Position numbers and translations under genes: made by a program. A stretch of 20,000 nt of DNA from Neodothiora populina (Eukaryota): positions 1,859,597-1,879,596 of the forward strand of contig NW_027191409.1 of NCBI RefSeq assembly GCF_041146345.1. The letters run 5' to 3'. The notes under the pieces are model-generated. The model was not told the origin of the DNA, did not search any database, and was given only the letters and a program-made list of their open reading frames with translations. This document shows, piece by piece, positions 12,202 to 20,000 of the stretch; position 1 is the stretch's first letter; the number at the start of each line of letters is the position of its first letter.

Positions 12202-13545
12202 ATGGCAAACGCCCAAACTCACTTGCTAGTCTTCGGCGACACAGCCACTGATAGATTGTTCATGATCCAGGCGCTGGTTTGCCATTTCAAGTCCTCGCCA
12301 GCCGCGCGTATATTTCTCGAGCAGGCTACAGATAGGTTGAATATTGAGTTCTCACGACTGAGACCGGATGAGCGAGACTGGACGTCCTCGCAATCGCTTT
12401 TAGCGCTGGCTGAGGAAGATGCCAACCCGAGCGTACCTACCAGTGCTTTCATCCCTACACTATGAGCCATAGTTGGTCGTCTTGGTGAGGTTGTTGTGTG
12501 AGTGACTCTTATTTGACTGACAGTGCAAATTTTTGAAAGAAAACTGATTACATAAACATTTTCACCGGCGCACTGAACAAGACCCATCAATTCTGGGATC
12601 CAGTGCAAACCCGACGCATATCCTGGCCTTTTGTTCGGGGCAATTAGCGATCGTCCCGCTTATGGGCGCTCAAGATACAGCGGAGATACTCCCGATCGCT
12701 CTAGAAACTCTGTCCATCTGCGTCCGATACATATCTTTGACGAAGCTGCTGCGTACGAACCTTCTAGCGCCTCATGATACTGGAGCATGTTTCGTTACAT
12801 ATCTTGGCATAAGACCAGAGCGTATGCAGGTCATCCTGGATGAATATCACAAATCGGAGAATGTGTTCCAGTTGCAGAAGATCTCAATTGGTGTTGTTTC
12901 TGAAGGTTGGGTCACTCTGGTAGGGACGCCATCATCTTTCTCTCGCCTTGTGGCATCGTCAACAGAGATCAATAATGCCCATATCCCTACCGACGTGGGT
13001 GGCCCATCGCATACCCAGTATATGCCGATTCCGGATGTTAAAGATATGGTTGGAAGCTCAGCCATTTTAGATCGGACGATCGATTGGTCTAAGTTTATCA
13101 TGTCGGAAGTGTTGCTACATGTCGATACACAACTCTGCGGGACCATTTAGCGAAGTCATACTCAACATCTTAGAGCGCCCTTTACGAATTGACAAAGCCA
13201 CCAAAACATGTATGGATAGTCTTCGGGACCTAACGTCCAAATCTGGAAAGATCTGCCACCTCAAGGTCCACGAGATGGGTAAAAGCCCCCATATGTCTTT
13301 CATTTAGAGAGCTTTGAGCGCTGGCCGCACCAAGTTTACCAAGTTTTGCCGACTCACCCACTTCTGCGATCCGTGCGTTATCGGACCTGGTGGCTGTAGT
13401 GGGTATGGGTGGTCGCTTCCCCGACAATGAGACTACAGATGGTTTCTGGGGAGATCTCATGGCAGGAACATGCCATATCAAAAAGATCCCCAAGTCTCGT
13501 TTCGATGTTGACAGATCTTATCTTAGTGGAGACTTCGATGCGCTC
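12202..13545 (+). pseudogene. Non-reducing PKS remnant: SAT domain plus the first ~45 aa of KS, truncated
   Basis: The SAT start is MANAQTHLLVFGD... The SAT active-site-like AFCSG (GxCxG) lies at 12626-12640. Also present are WVTLVGTPS and GGPSH, and the KS start LVAVVGMGGRFPDNETTDGFWGDLMAG...KIPKSRFDVD. Lesions: TGA at 12463-12465; an intron from GTGAGT at 12498 whose expected acceptor reads CG (12566-12567); frameshifts at ~13110 and ~13330-13370; TAG at 13305-13307. No AT, PT, ACP or TE follows. Confidence 0.9.
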
Positions 13546-13700
13546 CACAACGAGACCGGCCTGCAATTTGATACCGTGTTGCGCAGTAGGTAGGGATGAC
13601 GAAGTATAAGATTACTGAAGTTCTTACGGACGTAAGTCAGGTTTCCTATATTGGCTGCCCCTCTGCAGTCTTGTCAGTATCTCTGTTCCTCTTATAGCCG

Positions 13701-15220
13701 TAGCGCTGGATAGCTATCGATCTTACCTCTACCTTCATTGGTAATGGGCCTGGCTCCGACGAAATCCACCAGTTCCTTGCCGATGTTGTTCAGCTCGGTC
13801 TGGATTTCAAATCTCGGGACAAAATCAAGTCGCGGCATTCTGACGAACCCTCCAATGTCTCGTTTGACTACATGCCTCGTTTGGGTCTCGACACTACTCA
13901 GATGTTAAATGGATTCAGAGAGCTCGCACTTTCAAGCGCAAACTGGAGCTCCCCAAATTTTATGGGGTTCCCAGATGCTGGTAATGCAGCCCCTGCTGTC
14001 GCTGCCGCGCTCTTAATCCTTTTACTGAACCAGAACCTTGCCAATCAAGATATTCGTTCACCTCGCGCAACATTCGTGGAGATGGAAGTGGTACATTGGT
14101 TGCGGCATCAGATCGGATTTACAGTCCCGCCAACATATGCTTCATCAAACCAGATTGGCGGTATCCTTACACTTGGCGGCTGCTTGTCCAACACAATCGC
14201 GATCATGGCAGCTCGTGAACATGTATTTCCTGGCTCTTCACAGAAAAGACTCCCTGCCTTACCAGAGCGAATACGCATCCTTGTCCCTGATATAATCGAA
14301 CATTATTCCATCCGTTCGGCAATGGCATGGCTGAGTCTTGGAGAGCAGAATGTAGTGCGCGTTCCTGTCGACCGACCCTTCAAGATGCGATTATCTGAAT
14401 TGTCTTGCATCATTGATCGAGAAAGAGCCCACGGAAATACGATACTAGCTTGCGTCGGCTATGCTGGCGATTCTAGGTCCATGCGAATAGACGATCTTGA
14501 CGGCATAGCATCCTTGTTGGAGTCAAAAGATGTTTGGTTTCACGTGGATGCCTGCCACGGGAGTCAGCTCGTCTTCTCCCGAACACATCGAGAAAAGCTC
14601 AAGGGTATGGAGAGAGCCGACTCTGTCACGATTGACCCACATAAGGTCCTATGGATCCCTAACACCTGCTCATGTGCTTTGTTTAAACATTCACAATCAT
14701 TGTCCAACATCTTAACGAACTCGGATTTGATTCTCAAGATCAGATGGTCTCTAGGTCAGATCACCCCATTCATTGGATCTAAGGCATTTGATGCACTCAA
14801 GCTCTGGTCCACAATTTCGGCACAGAAAGAATCGAAAGGCTCATCGACAGTCGCTTGAGCCTAATTAGCGACATACAGCAAGCAATTACATGAAGACCAG
14901 ACCTTCTTCTTCTGAATAAAACAGACATCAGCTCCTGCATGTTCGTCTTCATACCAAGCGCATGCCAGAGGAAGAAAGGTGTTGCTGGGGTTGTATTTAC
15001 ATCCGCAGATTGCGAAAAATTCAACGAGGTGAATCAGGGGATCAAAAGTCGAATCCTTAGTGAGGGTGAGCATTACCTGCATGGCTTCGAGCTGAAGTAA
15101 TGCTCCAGTGACTTATTCAGTGACGGGCAGAGAGTCTATGTTCTTCAAGTAATGGACGGTAACCCGCTCACGTTAATCAAGCATGTGGATGCACTAATGA
15201 CAAGCTTGTTACTTATGGTC
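13701..15220 (+). pseudogene. PLP-dependent amino-acid decarboxylase domain (GAD/DDC/diaminobutyrate decarboxylase family)
   Basis: Motifs: SPNFMGFPDAGN, GGILTLGGCLSN, HYSIRSAMAWLSLG, WFHVDACHG (14535-14561), DSVTIDPHK (PLP-binding Lys at 14643-14645) and GSKAFDALKLW. There is a frameshift at ~14815, TGA at 14891-14893 and TAA at 15098-15100. Confidence 0.9.
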
Positions 15221-16632
15221 GGAAGAGTTTCGCGCTGCGGCAGTTCCAAATCCTTGGGCAGCCTGGTCGAGACTTTCACGACTTAGCCGTCTGCCGGAGT
15301 CTCCAACATTGCAGTGAAGATTTTCTCCGCGGATATGAATATGAGGCCATCATCTATGGCTCTAGCTCCTTTCCAGGCAATATGGTCATGTCGGATATGA
15401 ACCTCATGGTTTTTGTAACTGACGACTTCGGCCTGTGCTCCGAAAAGTCGCTCCGCTTTGCCCGATCATTCGAGGACAACATAGTCTCTCACCAAATAGT
15501 TGTCGAGAACGAGGTTCCGCTGGAAAAGAAACTGATCATCCCAATGGGAATGGCGATGAAAGCCTCGACGGGTGTCGGACTGAACCTCTCAAGTGGCAGA
15601 ATTGTCTCCATTTCTAAGACTACGGAGTTCTTGAGATCGAACACGATGCTGCACCGACTGATCTTCAACGCCTTGACAGTACCACACGTTCACTTTTGTG
15701 GAAAGTCCTCCATGGTAGGACGAATCAAGGAGCGAGCATCTCGTGTCCTCGTGATGTTGATTGAGGCGATCGGAACGAATGACAGTCCGATTGACCAATC
15801 ACGAAGATGTCCGATCCCTGGCTCCACAGTCAACTCTGTTTTACGGCAATTTAACCCTGAACTATTTGCACAATCGGCTATCAGTGATGGGTCGCGCACT
15901 GGGGAGGAATATTTAGGATACAAGGATAGACCCGAAGTCGTGCAATATCTGAAGGACATCTTGATTACAGCAAAGCAAAGTCTTGTTCAACAAGAAGTCA
16001 GCACTCTTGGATACCTCTGTAAGCCTAGTGATATAGCTCGGAGGCCTCTCGAATGCGTTGTACTTTTGAATGGATTTCCGGGAGTTGATAAATTATCAAT
16101 CGGCCGGGCTCTCCCTGACATCTTTGGTGCCGAGCATGCGCGTTTCCTCGACAATCATGCTCTTATCGACCCAGTACAGGCTATCTCCCCCGGGAGAGGC
16201 ACCAATCATAAAGATCTCCGTCGTATGTTCCGGGCAGTAGCTTTCAGTGCGTTGGAAGGTCTCGAAGACCCGGGCACAGCCATTATCCTGACTAGCTGTC
16301 TAAGTCCGGATCAAGAAGACTGTGACGTTTTTGATGAGCATGTGCAAATCGCCTATCGCCGCCGGATGCCGATGTACCTTGTCAACATTAGGTGCGATAA
16401 AGAAGAACATGAAAAACGCTTCCACTCGGTCGAGCGGTCTCAGGGTACTAATACCAAGCTTCAAAGTCAGGTTATTCTGGACACCATGCTTCAGCAGCAC
16501 CCTTTGATTCAGCCTACCGAGACCAATGCCACATCGATCTCGGATATCGATCTGTGCGTTATGGAATTCAACTCTACGGGAAGATCCGTTGCTAGTAGCG
16601 CTGCCGAGATCTACCAGATGATCGTGAAGTAA
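15200..16632 (+). CDS. Open frame encoding a nucleotidyltransferase-like domain and a C-terminal P-loop kinase-like domain (3' part of the disrupted fusion gene)
   Basis: IIYGSSSFPGNMVMSDMNLMVFV (15349-15417) matches the hG[GS]x9-13DhDh NTase signature, with N in place of the second Asp. VVLLNGFPGVDKLSIG (~16057-16104) matches Walker A GxxGxGK[ST] with G>D. This is followed by FLDNHALIDPV and IILTSCL...RMPMYLVNIRCD...KRF...R, which is typical of small-molecule kinase folds. Confidence 0.65.
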
Positions 16633-18502
16633 TATATTGTTGATCGTAGTGCTTGGGGCTTTGTACCACCATGACGGAAGTCTAGGTGACCGATGCACTG
16701 CATTATAGATCCAGGTCAAACGAGTCCTGCAGCTGTCTCATAGAAATAGAAGAAGCCTTTGAGGCTGATTTGCAAAGCTTGTTGATCCGCGCCTCTCGAT
16801 CATACGTGCTCTTTAAGTATCGGGGGACCTCATAAGCCACCGCGATGGCAATGATCTGAGCTCCAGGAGGCTCAACTTCGATCGAAGAACCGGTTTGTCC
16901 GGAGATATAATCCCCTTGCTGACCACTGTCGATGCTCTCTTATAGAGAAGGGACATCTTTGTCAGGCCTGAGTAGTCTCACTGCGGAGCGCAATGCTCGT
17001 AGGAAGTCCGAAACTGCTTGATGGAACATGTAAGCAAGAATGTAGAAGAGAATTATGAAATTTGTAGAGCGTTTTACCTGCATCACTGTATATTTCCCTA
17101 CATCAGGCTGCCGAGTCTCGGTGCATAAACCGTAGTGCCCTCAATGAGAAGGCCATTAAGGTTTCCCTTTGGTTTGCCCATGTGCTTGACCGCCCTGCCG
17201 ACATTCTCACCGCTTTCACTTCCAGCAAGAACCGCCTTCGTCTTATTGACCGGGTCCCTGGTGACTGGACCTATCCTTCATGTGGGTTCTCCAACTTTTA
17301 ACAATGTGTCACTTATCTCTAGTACTGTTTCCCAGCAATTCGGGCCCCTATAGACATACCTACTGCACCCGACGTATATGTGGCAGTCCTCCATAGAATT
17401 CAATGTTTCGACGGCTGTGTCTAAGAGGTCTACGCCGTTGCAAGCTTGTTCGCCGCAACTTGTTCGTGGAAGATGCCGTCTTTAGATGTGATAGCTGTCA
17501 CATCTCCTCCTATCTTTACCTTTTGTTGCGAACATACTATTACTTCTCTTTCCTTAACAGCTTCCCTACATATAACGCCATCTTTTCTTTTCGCTGGAGG
17601 CAGCTTCTCTGGTCATCCATGACAGCTCCCTCATCGCCCGTCGGTCATGAATTTACAACATCAATGCTATGATATAGATCGCCAACACCAGAGTCAACAC
17701 AACGCGTACTTCCCTCGCTCATGACGTCTTTCCTCGCTTCACGATAGTCTCGTGGCAAACACGCGACTACATGGTATTCAAATGATAGAGCAGTCGATTC
17801 ATTTGATCTACCAGAAGCTATGGGGGATTACCCTGACTATGTATCTCGCTCCCAACTACGGTGTAGTCCACCAAACCTGTCAGCCCCCTGATATGAACAG
17901 GGTCGCTCCCTCGATCTTCAACACATGGGTAGGGTCCCCTACCCATCGATTTTACGGACATCGGTCATAGAGTCAATTCCCAAAACTGACAAAGACAGCT
18001 AGGTCGGGGTTGACTCCTCTTTCAAGTGATCTACCTTGAAGTCTGCTCTACCAAGTGCTTAGTCGAGGTGGCTCCAACGGGAAGACTAGTGCTAGGGGGT
18101 GTATCGTTGTTGTTGAGTTGTTCAACTCACGATGACGGACTCTAAAGATGATCTGGTGGCTTTTGCATGACTTCTAGTTGGAAAAGCGAGACCAGAAAAA
18201 ACAAGCCCGTGGATTGTGCTAGCGTTGCAGTGTCCGATGAACCGTAGAAGAGAGTAGATTGTTGTCGATAGAGCAAGTCAAGTCCACGGCATATGCTGAT
18301 GCCGAGAGGCGCATACTTAGACATCTGTTTCAAGAATTACGCACAATGGTCAAGCGAGACGATACAGCTCATTTCGAGATGAATAGAAGAAAAGAGCTGT
18401 GCAGTACTCGTGATCTTGTACCTACAGACACAACGCTGCAAATAGGGGTTCCACGCTCTAGATCCGTCAAGACAACCACTAGTTGGTGCGTATGCTGATG
18501 GT

Positions 18503-19402
18503 CTACCAGGCAAGCTCATCACCCTGGTAATCAATCAGTCTTCCACCATGAGTTTCTTTTGTAGCCCCCTCGATCAATGGGACCATGTTGCCACATGATT
18601 CTTCGACCGTCACAGGAGCCTGCTCCATACCAAAAGCACGTGCACCAGTGTTTCCGAGATCAGTCTGGCACCAACCAGGGCTGATGACAAACGCAGTGAG
18701 CTTTTCTTCTTCGTGGTTCATCTTCTTAGTGAGCCAATGTACAGCGATCTTCGACGTCGCGTAAGCCGCGTTTGTGATGGGAAGTTGGTTCTATAGAGTT
18801 CCACGAGGTTAGCCGATGGCTGCTACTAACCGGGGATTAAATGATATCAGAGAAAAGCTTCGAAAGGACTCACCTGGATACACCCAGCGGTCGAGCCGAT
18901 AGTGATCCATTTCGGATCCGCTGATTTGAGCAGAAGAGGCAACGTAGCCTGGAACAGCCACACGGTGCCATAAACGTTAGGCGCCATGTGTCCCTCCAAA
19001 TCTTCAATCTTCAGCTCCGACACCTTTGGCCAAATATATGACACGCCTGCATTAGCGATCACGATATCAAGGTGTTTGATCTCTTCATTTGCGACAAGCT
19101 TATTGACGGCGTCCTGGGCAGAAGTCGCGACTGAAGCATCGGTTTTGACGATTATCAATTTACTACCGACACCTTTGGGCAGGTCGAAGAGAGCTTTCGA
19201 AGTAGGGTGCGTAGGGTCGCGGTTGGCAGCAATCACGGTATAGTTCGGCTTCGCAAGGTACAGCTCGATAAATCCCTTTCCTGTGATCCTAATGTTAGAT
19301 ACAAAACAAAGAAAGCGTGATATCGTGGGGAAGTCTGTCAAATGCCACGCACGTACCTAGACCTCTGTTTGCACCACTAACTAGAACGATCGTTGGAGCC
19401 AT
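18503..19402 (-). CDS. Short-chain dehydrogenase/reductase, norsolorinic acid ketoreductase (Nor-1/AflD)-like, intact, 246 aa
   Basis: Three exons: 19402-19357, 19280-18874 and 18790-18503. Introns are GTACGT..CTAAC..CAG and GTGAGT..CTAAC..TAG. The spliced 741 nt is open. Motifs: VLVSGANRGLGKG (Rossmann), VIANAG, catalytic YATSK, and ISPGWCQTDLG. Confidence 0.95.
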
Positions 19403-19913
19403 GATTGTTGACATTATCTGAATAGACTGATTCGATGGTATTTCTAGAGTCTATGTTCGTCTCTTAATACTATCTGGTACATATATAACTTTGCTGCATC
19501 GGAGTTGCGGACATGACAAATCACAATGCTTGATAATCGAAGTGGGTCGGGCGGCTATTAATCGTCGGATTGACCAAGGCCACTATATTGTCGGTAGTAT
19601 CACAAGTAATAGCCTTGCAGGAAGATTACGACCCTGTACATCCTCGCTAGTAATGCTTCGCATTAGCGTTCCACAGTAGGTAACATGCCAGATAAGGAAT
19701 GATCCACAAAATCACGCAATCTACACATTCTTCTATAGTTGAACGATCGCCACGACGCTGAAGCTTACACCTGCAATCATGGACTCATCTGTACCTAGCC
19801 GAAAATGAAAGGCATAGGATCAATTAAACACGGGTCATCGAAAAGTAGGGGAGGGATCAGCAGTGAACAAGTAACAGTAAGAAGTAATGCGTAAGCGCAA
19901 TAGGCGAACATCG

Positions 19914-20000
19914 GGGTTAGGGTTAGGGTTAGGGTTAGGGTTAGGGTTAGGGTTAGGGTTAGGGTTAGGGTTAGGGTTAGGGTTAGGGTTAGGGTTAGGT
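19914..20000 (+). repeat. Telomere, (TTAGGG)n, right chromosome end
   Basis: GGG, then 13 perfect TTAGGG units from 19917, then a final TTAGGT at the window end. The G-rich strand runs 5'->3' toward the end, as expected for a true terminus. Confidence 0.97.

Larger units (their letters stand above)
13596..16632 (+). pseudogene. Putative multidomain gene: group II PLP-dependent decarboxylase + Pol-beta-type nucleotidyltransferase + P-loop (AAA_33/CPT-like) kinase, disrupted
   Basis: The decarboxylase frame is open from ~13701 to ~14815. Its C-terminal part continues in another frame with stops at 14891 and 15098. A further 1-nt shift at ~15197 (HVDAL/DKLVTYGRK) joins it to the open frame running to 16632. 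The 5' end is uncertain: a possible ATG at 13596 with an intron from GTAAGT at 13632, or the true N-terminus is lost. Confidence 0.7.

Noticed and set aside
12202..16632. A natural SAT-KS-decarboxylase-kinase hybrid megasynthase
   Set aside because: The KS is cut after ~45 aa, lacks its catalytic Cys, and stops intervene. A rearrangement junction is more likely.
19995..20000. Terminal variant repeat TTAGGT
   Set aside because: It differs only at the last base of the window and is probably an end-of-read or assembly artefact.
1..20000. Transposons, tRNA/rRNA genes, CRISPR arrays
   Set aside because: I saw no transposase/RT motifs, terminal repeats, RNA gene signatures or repeat-spacer arrays.

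Overview
This is the right-hand end of a filamentous ascomycete (Pezizomycotina-type) chromosome, with GT-AG introns, GCTGAC/CTAAC branch sites and a terminal (TTAGGG)n tract at 19914-20000. It holds a decaying subtelomeric secondary-metabolite cluster. In order: an AflR-like Zn2Cys6 regulator pseudogene (-); an intact, spliced, divergent copy of mitochondrial complex I subunit PSST/NDUFS7 (+); a heavily disrupted highly reducing PKS (-); a divergently transcribed, truncated non-reducing PKS (SAT plus the start of KS, +); a disrupted gene that reads as a PLP-decarboxylase / nucleotidyltransferase / P-loop kinase fusion (+); and an intact Nor-1-like SDR (-) about 510 bp from the telomere. The main signal is the PSST copy. 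It sits inside an HR-PKS/NR-PKS cluster and carries substitutions clustered in the quinone/inhibitor-binding segment. This suggests a self-resistance gene for a polyketide complex I inhibitor, kept intact while the biosynthetic genes decayed. All family calls come from reading motifs by eye; no database search was run.
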